This document shows, piece by piece, positions 30,237-39,500 of a stretch of 40,538 nt of DNA. The notes under the pieces are model-generated. The model saw nothing but the letters and a program-made list of their open reading frames with translations. It had not been told where the DNA came from and did not search any database. Location: assembly GCA_044222475.1 (NCBI GenBank), contig JBGANF010000069.1:1-40538 (forward strand), written 5' to 3'. The stretch's first letter is position 1. The number at the start of each line of letters is the position of its first letter. The DNA comes from Polyangiaceae bacterium (GTDB lineage: Bacteria > Myxococcota_A > Polyangia > Polyangiales > Polyangiaceae). The translations under genes were made by a program, and so were the position numbers.

Positions 30237-30450
30237 GGGCGCGAAGTTAGAGCAGGGGCGTTCCCGAGACAACTAGCGAAGCACTTCCATAAGCCCCTTC
30301 TTTGGCCGTCTAGGACCGTGGCTCCTTCGGGGATGTCCTGGCACGCTTCACGCGCGCTTGCTTTGACCTTGTTCACGGGCGCGAAGTTAGAGCAGGGGCG
30401 TTCCCGAGACAACTAGCGAAGCACTTCCATAAGCCCCTTCTTTGGCCGTC
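30171..30450. repeat. Exact 140-bp tandem duplication (30171-30310 = 30311-30450)
   Basis: Identical copies TAGGACCGTG...TTTGGCCGTC, each containing the first 22 codons of scoA and its upstream region. Confidence 0.95.
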
Positions 30451-30478
30451 GCCCGGCGCCCATGCGAGTGGTTCTCTC

Positions 30479-31361
30479 ATGCGCGTGTCTCTCGTTCCGT
30501 CGCTCGCCGCGGTGCTCGCCCTCCTCGCCACGACTTCGGTCGCGTCGGCTGGGCCCGGCCCTGGTGTCCGCACGTCGGCGGGTGCTCCGGCTCCAGCGGC
30601 GCCGCCGCCCATGCCGATGGGCAGGAGCGTCGGAACGCCGACCGAGGGGCACCTCATCGGCGGCGCGCACCTCGCGACGTCGCCGCAGCTGCGGATCGTT
30701 CCCGCGTACGACAACGGCGACGTTCGCTACGGATTGGGCTCGCTCGTCGGACGTCGCCTTCTACGTGAAGAACCAGGCGGGGAGCCCCGTCTACGCCGAC
30801 CACTTCGTGAAGTTCGCGGCCAACGGTACCGCGCCCACCTGGCCCGGCGCCGTCTTCGACGACGCGCGCAATTGGGCCCTCGTCGCCGCGCTCCTCGACG
30901 ATCCGGTCGCGCACGTGAGCCACATCTTCGTCGCGTCGCACCTGCGGGCGCGTCTCCTCGCGTACGCCGCTCGGGTGGGCGCTCCGCTCGCGCTCCAATC
31001 GCGCGCCGCCGTGACGATGGTGCAGCCCCACGGTGCGCTTCCTCACGACGACCACTTCCACGTGCGGATCTCGTGCCCCGCCGGGATGACCGGCTGCGTG
31101 GAGAACCCCGCGATTCGGAGGGTCGCTCGCGCGCGACCGGCCGCCCGCGCACCGGCGCCGCACGCCGCGGCCCCGGTGACGCCCCGCCAGCCCGTGCACC
31201 CGGTCGCGCCTCCCCCGGCACCTCCGCCGAAGGCCGCGAGCAGCGACGCACGTCGGGACGCCGGCGGCGACGGCGACGGCGACGGGCAGGACCGCGAGAG
31301 CACCCCGGCCTCGATTCCGGCCTCGATCGCGGTTCCGCTCGATCTCGACGACGGCGGCTGA
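30479..31361 (+). pseudogene. mepA: Penicillin-insensitive murein endopeptidase (MepA-like), frameshifted by an internal deletion at about 30749/30750
   Basis: Frame A: signal peptide...SVGTPTEGHLIGG...RYGLGSLVG. Frame B: DVAFY...FDDARNW...HDDHFHVRISCP. The intervening SHxxGxD zinc-ligand segment is missing. Confidence 0.75.
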
Positions 31362-31386
31362 CGGTTCCGGTATTCTCGCCGGTCCC

Positions 31387-34098
31387 ATGACCGAACGTGT
31401 CGGCCTCCAACTGAGCGGCTCGGGCGTCGCCGAGCGGCGCGCCGTGCTCGTCGGGCGCGCTGCCGAAATGCGCGCTCTCGACGAGGCGCTCCATGACGTA
31501 TCCAAGCGCGGGATCTCGCGCACCGTCACCGTCGTCGGGGCGGCGGGGATCGGCAAGACGCGGCTCGTTCGCGATTTTCTGCTCCGTGCCCGCAACGACC
31601 CTCGTGCACCGCGCGTATTCCGTGGCAGCGCGCGCGAGCGGGGCCCCGCCTACGAAGGCTTCGCGCGCATTCTCCGCGCCCGCTTCGGGATCGTCGAAGG
31701 GATGGATCAAGAGACGGCCAAGGATCAGGTCCGCGCGCACGTCGCGAGCGTGCTCGAAGATCGCAAGGTCGGTGACGTCGCCTACTTTCTCGGGCAGCTC
31801 CTCGAGCTTCCCTTCCTCGACTCGCCCCTCATCAAGGCGATCGAGGGTGACCCGCAGCAGCTTCGTCAGCTGCGACGCGCCGTCATCAAGCGGTTCTTCG
31901 AAGCGGACGCCATGCGACCGGCGAAGTCGACCGGCAGCCCCGACGACACGACGCCGATCTCGCTCGAGCCGGTGCCGCTCGTCCTCGTCTTCGACGATCT
32001 CCAGCACGCCCACGAGGACTCGCTCGATCTCCTGTCGTACCTCGTCGAGTACCTCCAGGCGCCCGTGCTTCTCGTGTGCGTCGCCCGACCCGACATGCTC
32101 GCGCGTCGCGACGGCTGGGCCAAGCTCGCCGCCGGACGGCACACGATGCTCCAGCTCGCGCCGCTCTCCGAGAACGACTCCGAGGTCGTCATGGAGGAGC
32201 TCCTCTCTCCCTGCGGTGAGGTCGAAGAGGTCGAGGATCTCGTCGACGCCGCTTCGACGCTCGCCGGCGGCAACCCCGCGCTGCTCGAGCAGATGGTTCG
32301 CATCTTCCACGACATGGGCGTGCTCGAGGTCGAGGACCCGCTCGCCGAAGACGAGAAGTGGCGAGTCCATCCCGAGCGCCTCGCGTCGGTACGTCTTCCC
32401 ATCACCGTCGAAGACGCGGTGCAGGCGCGCATCGCCGCGCTCAGCCCCGCGGAGCGCGAGCTCCTCGAGCAGGCGGCGACGATGGGCTCGGTGTTCTGGC
32501 TCGGCGGCCTCGTGTCGATCGAGCGAAAAGACGGCCCTGCTCCGGAGATCTGGGGCGCCGGTCTTCCGCCGGACGCGGCGCGGATCCGGAAGATGCTCTC
32601 CGATCTGACCGATCGCGACTACGTCCTGCGCTTGCCCGACTCGAGCTTCCCCGGCGACGAAGAGTACGTCTTCAAGCACAACCTCGAGCGCGAGGCGCTC
32701 GTGAAGATGACGTCGGCCGGCTCGGCGAAGATGCACCACGCCGCCCTCGCCGCGTGGCTGTCGTCGAAGCCCCACGTGCGTCAGTACGAAGAGACACTCG
32801 CGATGCTCGCCCGCCACCTCGAGCTCGGACGCAGCTCGACGCGCGCGGCAGGTGCGTACCTGGAGGCGGCCGACGTCGCGCGCTCGCTCTACGCGAACGC
32901 CAAGGCGACCGAGCACTACCGCCGCGCGCTCGCGATGATCGACGACGGCGCCGAGGTCGACGCCGAGAGTCACCTGACCGCGCTGCACCACCTCGGCGAC
33001 GTGCTCCAGGTCCTCGGCCGCAACGACGAAGCGCTCAAGACCTTCCGCCAGATGCTCACCATCGCGTACCGCCTCGACATGCGAGCGCGAGGCGGCGCGG
33101 CGCACGGTCGCATCGGACGCCTCTTCCGCGACACCGGCCGCCTCGACGAGGCATCGCAGCACCTGAACGCCGCGCTCGCGCTGTTCGAGGAAGCCGCCGA
33201 CGAGCGCGGCGTCGCGAGCACCGTCGACGACATCGGAAAGCTGCACTGGCTCCGCGGCGACTACGTCCGCGCGCTCGAGTTCACCCAGCGCGCGCTGCAG
33301 ATGCGTCGTCGCATCGGCGATCGACGCAGCATCGCGCTCTCGCTCAACAACATGGGCCTCGTCTACCAGGACTCGGGCCATTTCGCGCAGGCGCTCGATG
33401 CGTTCGAGCAAGCGCTCACGATTCGCCGCGAGATCGGCGACCTCGTGGGCGTGGCGATCTCGCTGAACAACCTCGGGACGGTGGCGCAGGATCAGAGGAA
33501 CGATCAACAGGCGTTGACGCTCTTCAAGGAAGCGCACGAGGTCGCGAAGGAGACCGGCGACCGCAACCGCATCGCGCTCGTCCTCACGAACCTCGGTGAG
33601 ACGTTGAACCGCCTCGGGGACTCGGCTCAGGCGATCCAGTACCTCAAGCAAGCCGAGGAGCTCGGCGACGAGCTCGGGGACAAGCTCTGCCTCGCGGAGG
33701 CGGTGCGCGGGTTGGGCAAGGCCTACCTCGCGCGGCGCGAGTACACGAAGGCGCGCGAGTGCACACAGCGCGCGGTGGAGATCTTCCGCGAGGTCGAGAG
33801 CCGGGTGCAGCTCGGCGTCGCGCTCCGCTCGCTCGGCGAGGTCAGCGCCGCTGGCAGCGCCGGAGGCGAAGGGATCAAGCTCGCGCGCGACTATCTCGGG
33901 CAGTCGATCGAGATCTTCAAGCAAGCCGGCAACGACGTCGAGCTCGCGCGCAGCTACCGCGCCATGGCCGAGCTCCTTCGAGGAACGCTCGATTTTCAGG
34001 CCGACGCCGGGGTGAAGGCCGAAGCGCAAGAGTACCAAGCCAAGGCGGACGACATCTTCGCCCGCTTGAAGCTCGGCGGCTTCGGTCTTCAGATGTGA
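31387..34098 (+). CDS. AAA_16/STAND ATPase with C-terminal TPR repeats
   Basis: LVGRAAE, Walker A GAAGIGKT, Walker B LVFDDLQ, GNP, YVFKHNL; multiple A.SLNN(L/M)G TPRs. Confidence 0.9.
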   Translation: MTERVGLQLSGSGVAERRAVLVGRAAEMRALDEALHDVSKRGISRTVTVVGAAGIGKTRLVRDFLLRARNDPRAPRVFRGSARERGPAYEGFARILRARFGIVEGMDQETAKDQVRAHVASVLEDRKVGDVAYFLGQLLELPFLDSPLIKAIEGDPQQLRQLRRAVIKRFFEADAMRPAKSTGSPDDTTPISLEPVPLVLVFDDLQHAHEDSLDLLSYLVEYLQAPVLLVCVARPDMLARRDGWAKLAAGRHTMLQLAPLSENDSEVVMEELLSPCGEVEEVEDLVDAASTLAGGNPALLEQMVRIFHDMGVLEVEDPLAEDEKWRVHPERLASVRLPITVEDAVQARIAALSPAERELLEQAATMGSVFWLGGLVSIERKDGPAPEIWGAGLPPDAARIRKMLSDLTDRDYVLRLPDSSFPGDEEYVFKHNLEREALVKMTSAGSAKMHHAALAAWLSSKPHVRQYEETLAMLARHLELGRSSTRAAGAYLEAADVARSLYANAKATEHYRRALAMIDDGAEVDAESHLTALHHLGDVLQVLGRNDEALKTFRQMLTIAYRLDMRARGGAAHGRIGRLFRDTGRLDEASQHLNAALALFEEAADERGVASTVDDIGKLHWLRGDYVRALEFTQRALQMRRRIGDRRSIALSLNNMGLVYQDSGHFAQALDAFEQALTIRREIGDLVGVAISLNNLGTVAQDQRNDQQALTLFKEAHEVAKETGDRNRIALVLTNLGETLNRLGDSAQAIQYLKQAEELGDELGDKLCLAEAVRGLGKAYLARREYTKARECTQRAVEIFREVESRVQLGVALRSLGEVSAAGSAGGEGIKLARDYLGQSIEIFKQAGNDVELARSYRAMAELLRGTLDFQADAGVKAEAQEYQAKADDIFARLKLGGFGLQM

Positions 34099-34102
34099 CC
34101 GC

Positions 34103-34486
34103 GTGTCGTCCGTCGTCGATCGCGTGAAGAAGCTCCTCGCGCTCGCGGCGTCGCCGAACGAGCACGAGGCGCGCAACGCGGCGCTGCTCGCGGCGAAGCT
34201 GATCCGCGAGCACGGGCTCGATCTCGTCGATCGCCGGCCGCCCGGCAAGCGCACGCCGTCGGCGGCTGCCCGAAGGGCGACTCCGCACGACAAGCGCACC
34301 CGGAAATCTTCGGGAGGCGGCCGCACGCGCGCCGTCGCGGACGTACCGGTGAAGATCACCGCGCCGCTGGGCGGCGACTGCTTTCATTGCGGTCGGCGCT
34401 ACCGTGGCGGGACCGAGATCTTCTGGTCCGATTCGCGCGGGGGAATGCACGCCGACTGCTTCGATGCCTGGGTGCGCGCGAAATAG
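34103..34486 (+). CDS. DUF2786-domain protein with C-terminal zinc-ribbon-like motif
   Basis: DRVKKLLALAASPNEHEARNA...KLIREHGL; CFHC...HADC. Confidence 0.8.
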   Translation: MSSVVDRVKKLLALAASPNEHEARNAALLAAKLIREHGLDLVDRRPPGKRTPSAAARRATPHDKRTRKSSGGGRTRAVADVPVKITAPLGGDCFHCGRRYRGGTEIFWSDSRGGMHADCFDAWVRAK

Positions 34487-34500
34487 AATACGATCGCCCG

Positions 34501-35079
34501 ATGTCGAAATCGGTCGCCGCCACCGTCGCCGCGCTTCGCCGTCACCGTGGGTTCGGACCGCCGGGGCCCACGCCCGAGCCGGGGGCGATCGACGCCTTTC
34601 AGAAGCGATGGGGCATCGTGCTTCCGCGCGCGTACCGCACGTTCCTCGAGCTACACGATGGGTGGCGCGGGCTCGGGTCGGTCGCGCTGTTCGACTTGAG
34701 CGATCAGCAAGGGTGGCGCGAGCGGCTGCTGAAGATCGATCCGGCGTTCACGCTGCACGCGATCGGGGTCGATCGTTCGCTCGGGGGGATCCTGTGTCTC
34801 GAGCTCTCGAAGGGCAGTCGCGCGGATGCCCCGGTGGTGTGCATCAGCGAGTCGGGAGTGGACGTCGCGTTCGAGAGCTTCGATGCGATGCTGGCGTCGA
34901 CGCTGCTGGGGGGGAACATGACGGCGGCGAAGGCGAAGGCGAAACCGAAGAAGAAGGCAGCGCCCAAGAAGAAGGCGGCACCGAAGAAGAAGGCGGTCGC
35001 CAAGAAGACGGCGCCCAAAAAGAAGGCGGCACCGAAGAAGAAGGCGGCACCGAAGAAGAAGGCTCGCTCGAAGCGCTGA
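34501..35079 (+). CDS. SMI1/KNR4 (SUKH) domain protein with histone H1-like Lys/Ala/Pro tail
   Basis: IDAFQKRWGIVLPRAYRTFLELHDG ... VAFESFDAML; C-terminal KKKAAP repeats. Confidence 0.8.
   Translation: MSKSVAATVAALRRHRGFGPPGPTPEPGAIDAFQKRWGIVLPRAYRTFLELHDGWRGLGSVALFDLSDQQGWRERLLKIDPAFTLHAIGVDRSLGGILCLELSKGSRADAPVVCISESGVDVAFESFDAMLASTLLGGNMTAAKAKAKPKKKAAPKKKAAPKKKAVAKKTAPKKKAAPKKKAAPKKKARSKR
34945..35064 (+). repeat. Coding 18-bp tandem repeats (PKKKAA)
   Basis: CCGAAGAAGAAGGCGGCA-type units repeated about six times with variants. Confidence 0.8.
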
Positions 35080-35163
35080 GGCCGCTTCAGGAGAGGGGAG
35101 AGCTCGAGAGGGAGAGTTGGGTGCCCCCGTCTCATTGCCTCGGCTCAACTCACAGCCGTGCTC

Positions 35164-35616
35164 GGCCACGTGCTCAGATTTCGCCGCGCACCCGTTCGCT
35201 CCAATCCCAACCTGGGATCGCTATGGCGCGGCGAAATCTTGCGCGCGTGGGCCTGCGCGCGGCTGTGCGCCCCCCAAACTTGCGCCGCAGGAGCGGCGCA
35301 AGCGGGGGTCGCCATACGCAGTGCTCGGATGGCTTCCCCGGCACTGGGGATCGTCGCGACAGGCCCGTTTTGTCGCTCACGATGAGTGCCTCGTCCACAT
35401 GGCGCTCTCCGGCGCTCGAGACGAACGCGCGAAGGCCTCGACCAATCGATTCTTCGACTCCTTTGGCTCGCACCACCGCGGCGCGTCTTCGCGAGAGCGA
35501 AAGAAGTGGGCCGCGGGTCCAATGACCACGAAACAAAGCCCACGACCGGTGTGCCGCGGCCCACTTCTTTCGCGGGAAGGCTTCGCCGCGCCGCGGTGGC
35601 GCGATCCAAAGGAGTC
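35164..35616 (+). ncRNA. Putative structured non-coding leader/element upstream of the DUF559 nuclease
   Basis: Stacked inverted repeats: 14 bp (35176-35189/35226-35239), 10 bp (35279-35302), 28 of 30 bp (35456-35485/35587-35616) and a nested perfect 20 bp (35497-35516/35554-35573); no credible ORF. Confidence 0.4.
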
Positions 35617-35621
35617 TCGTC

Positions 35622-36017
35622 ATGAACCGTTCTCGTCTCGTCCTTCCCCTCACTCACTATCGTCGCAATCACCAGCTAGAGCACGCACGCAGCATGCGTC
35701 GGCAGCCCACTCCATCGGAAGCGGCGCTGTGGGCCATCCTTCGGCATCGGGACGCTCTCGGCTTTCGCACGAAGAGGCAGATGGTCGTCGGTCCTTACGT
35801 CGCTGACTTCATCGTACCTTCCGTGCGGCTCGTCGTCGAAGTCGATGGCTCGGTGCATCACGGTCGGGAGCTCGCGGATGAGCGGCGGGAGGCTGACCTG
35901 GTGCTTCTCGGTTACTCCGTCTTTCGCCTCACGGCGCGGGACGTCATGCGCAGCCCGGTGCTTGCGGCACGGCGCGTCGCGGCGGAGGTCGCGCGGCTGC
36001 GGGCGCGCGGCGCGTAG
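35622..36017 (+). CDS. DUF559/Vsr-like endonuclease domain protein
   Basis: ARSMRRQPTPSEAALW, FRTKRQMVVGPYVADF, LVVEVDGSVH, DERREADL..LGYSVFRL; AAGGAG SD. Confidence 0.9.
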   Translation: MNRSRLVLPLTHYRRNHQLEHARSMRRQPTPSEAALWAILRHRDALGFRTKRQMVVGPYVADFIVPSVRLVVEVDGSVHHGRELADERREADLVLLGYSVFRLTARDVMRSPVLAARRVAAEVARLRARGA

Positions 36018-36025
36018 TTCGCCAG

Positions 36026-36054
36026 AGAGCAGGGCGCCGGAGGCGCCCTGCTCT
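36026..36054 (+). terminator. 13-bp GC-rich hairpin just after the DUF559 stop (terminator or REP-like)
   Basis: AGAGCAGGGCGCC-gga-GGCGCCCTGCTCT; only a weak U-tract. Confidence 0.45.
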
Positions 36055-36369
36055 TCACTCACGGATGGCTACCGCCCGCACTTCGGCCAGCTGGCCAGCA
36101 GCCTCCGCACGATGCGATCACGTCGCGGTGCGAAGGATGGCCGGTTCACCTCCACGCGTGGAGACGACTTGATCCTCAGCACCTCTTCGGCGCCGTGGCA
36201 CGGTTCCGGCGCCCTGCTCAGCAGGAAACGGCTCGTTGTCGTTCGTCCGCGTGCCCGTCGCCACGAACGACGTCGTCCGCGGTGTCGGCCACCCTGGCCG
36301 GACTGTAGGCCGGCTGGCCGCCGCGTTACGTAGTGGGCGTCGCCCCAGAGCGCACCCGGGCGGTCCGCA

Positions 36370-36403
36370 GGCGCAACCAAAGTTGCGGCGCAACCAAAGT
36401 TGC
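36370..36403. repeat. 17-bp direct repeat x2, each containing the palindrome GCAAC-N4-GTTGC
   Basis: GGCGCAACCAAAGTTGC at 36370-36386 and 36387-36403. Confidence 0.75.
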
Positions 36404-36543
36404 GGTGGGCGGTTGTAGGGCTGCCACACCTCATGACGTCCTCGTGGCAAACTGGGGACACCTTGCTCATATCCCAAAATGGGACAGTGTTCACTCTTGC
36501 GGCACGCAAGGAACCGTGCTCCGTTGCACCTCGGAGGTAGGGC

Positions 36544-39500
36544 ATGGCGAAGCAATCCTCGATGGTGGGTGTGGAGAAGCGTTCGTGGGGCCTCCCGAGA
36601 TTGGCCCTCGCACTCTGCGGTTGCGCGTGGGTGCTCTCCGCGGGTGCATGCTCGACCGTCGAACCCCCGACGGGCTCGACGTCGCAGGCCGCATTATCCG
36701 CGTCGCCGACGTTGGCGGACCTCCGCGGTCGTTTCGTAAAACGCTTCACATCACCGGATGGTGAACCGGGGTCCGAACCCGTTTTTCCGATCGGACCAGC
36801 CACTCTCAGTCGCAGCGCTGGTCGAATCTCCGGCACCGTCGTCGGCGAGAGCGCGGCGAAGGTGAGCGTTGCGGAAGTTCCCACGAGCGGAGTCCAGGTT
36901 AGCGCGCGGGGCGGCACCGCCGGCTTCACCTTGGACGGCATCGGTCAGGTCACGGCCGAGCTTGCTGAGGGCTACGTGATCTTCCCGCACGCGTTGGCCG
37001 GTAAGCACACGGTGCTCATCCGTCCGAGCCGAGAGGGCATCGAGGACTTCATCGTCTTCGAGAGCGCACCCCCGATCCCGAAGGTCACATACACGACGAA
37101 ATTGGACGGGGTCGCGGGTCTCCGACTTGTTGGCAACGTGCTCGAAATGCTCGATCGGACTGGAACGCCCGTGCTCCGAATTCGCGCACCCGAGATCGTC
37201 GACCGCGACGGGAAGACCATCGCCGCGAAGTTGGGAGTGTCGGGTTGCGCAGTCGACACAAACGCCGCTCCGCCCTGGGATCGATCGACTACTCCGCCAG
37301 GTAACACGACCTGCGCAGTCAACGTCACGTGGCGCAACGAAGACGTCTCCTATCCGGCGGTGCTCGACCCGTCGTGGGTCGCGACAGGAAGCCTCGCGAA
37401 CGCCCGCGCCAATCACACTGCGACCGAGTTGAATGACGGCCGGCTTCTCGTCGTTGGCGGAAAAAACTCGGGAGCCAACCAAGGAGCAGAGATCTACGAT
37501 CCTTTGACGGGAACCTGGGCGACGGCGGCGTCACCGACGACGTTGCGCTATCAGCACCTCGCCGAAAAGCTCGCGAACGGCAAGGTGCTCATCGCCGGCG
37601 GTGCGACCGCCGACACGTCACCCCTCAGCTCCGCCGAGTTGTACGACCCCGTCGCTGGCACTTGGTCGAGCACCGGATCGCTAACGACCGCGCGGCGCTT
37701 CTTCGCAAGTGTGAAACTCCAGAACGGGAAGGTCCTTGCGATCGGGGGCCACGACGGAGTGAGCGGCTGGTTCTCGAGCTGCGAGCTCTACGATCCGGCG
37801 GCGGGTACATGGTCAGCTACCGGATCGCTCGGAACCGCACGAGGTGGTGCCGCCGCGACTGTCCTCGACGATGGGCGCGTCCTCGTGAGCGGGGGCAATA
37901 GCTCCACCACGTTCCTCGCGACTGCAGAGCGGTACGACCCAGCGGCCGGTACTTGGTCGAGCGCCGGCACCTTCTCGAACGGACGGCGTCAGCACGCCCA
38001 GGTTCTCACCCAGTATGGAGACCACGTGGTCCTCGGGGGAGGCTACACCTCGCAGACTGCGCTGACGGCGACGACGTCGGTCTACGACGTGTCCGCGAAC
38101 ACGTGGGGAGACGGTCCAAGTCTCTCTGTCGCTCGCGGGAAACTTTCGGGCGTCATGCTCCCGGGAGTTGGGGCGGTCTTTGGCGGTGGTCAAACCGGCA
38201 CTTCGACCTACTCCGCGACGACCGAGAACTTCACCCAAGTTCCGAACGCGGTCGCGGCGCTGAGCGCGCTGTCGGCGAGTCGGAGCAACTATACGATGAC
38301 GGTTCTCTCTCCGCTCGGCCAAGTGGTTGCGGCGGGCGGGTACAACGGCTCCTACCTCGCCACGGTGGAGATCTACGACAGCATCGACCATGAGCGTGAG
38401 CTCGGTAGCGCGCCGATCATGGTCGAGTGGACGGTGCCGTCGACGATGAAGGGGAGCTATGCTTCGAGCACGACGTTGAGCGCGCGGATCAGCAACATGA
38501 CCACGTCCAGCGAAACCGTCCGTCTCTACGCGACCGCAAGCGGGCTGGACCAACGGCTTGCTCAGCGCGACCTTGGGACGTTCTCGGTCCCAGCGCGGAC
38601 CGACCGGTACCATCCCGGGACGACAGATGTGACGTTGGCGCTTTCCCAGCTCCCCGTTCAGAGCGTGGGTCTTCAGAGTCAGGTTGACCTCCAGTCCGTG
38701 TTCCACGAAGGGCAGTCGGATCAGGTCATCGTCCCGTCGAGCAACATCTACTACGTGTTCAGCAGCGACTATTCAACCGCGACACTCTACGGGTACGACG
38801 GGGCCGAATTCGACATCACCGACACGGGTAGCCTCACGTCGGTCATGACCGGCATCGCGGCAAGCGCCGCGGTGCTCACATCGGTGGGCAGGTACTGGAA
38901 CGGGAGCTCATGGGTGAGCGTCAACGTCTCCGCGGGTCAGAACGTCGCACACTCGAGCTACATCGCGGCTGGGCCCCGCCTCTCCAGGATGAGAGATCTC
39001 GCCTGGTACGACAACATCACCCCCGACCAGACGTCGGAAGTGGCGGCCGGAGCGAACAACTGGAAGCTCTGCGCGACCTGGCGCGCGGAGTACATCGATC
39101 CCCAGCCCGCCGGAATCATCTCGGCGCTACAGAACAACAAGACGGTCCCGGCCCGCTATGCCGAATACCTGATCGAGTCCGTGAGCGGGACGACCCATCA
39201 GTCCTGGGTGGCCAAGGGTTTCTTGGACGGAGAGGGGTGCACAAAGCGGTGGTCCCTTCCGACGAGCTCGAACTACAAGCTCTGGCAATTCACGGATCTC
39301 GATGCGGGCTCGAACAAGCCCTTCATCGATGTCCGCTACGGCGGATGGAACCCGAACTATCTCGAGTACAAAGCGCCCAACCCGAACGGTAACGGGCAGA
39401 CGCCAAAGTTTGACATCAACTACCCGTATGGCTCACTCGAAGTGACTGGTGTCGACTTCACGAACGTGAGCGGCGACAAAGCGACACAGCAGTCCGCTGG

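Noticed and set aside
30735..30765. Programmed frameshift in the mepA-like gene
   Set aside because: No slippery sequence, and catalytic residues are missing, which a frameshift could not restore.
30727..34359. 1210-aa minus-strand ORF
   Set aside because: Antisense shadow of the ATPase-TPR gene.
34945..35064. Tandem repeats as a CRISPR array
   Set aside because: No spacers, the repeats are in-frame coding, and there are no cas genes in the window.
35266..36411. Possible long terminal inverted repeats around DUF559 (TTGCGCCGCA at about 35280 versus TGCGGCGCAA at about 36384)
   Set aside because: Only about 10 bp of GC-rich match; not distinguishable from chance.
36069..36941. 290-aa minus-strand ORF and other short ORFs in 35100-36540
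   Set aside because: Low-complexity Arg/Pro-rich translations with no motifs, partly antisense to the Kelch gene.
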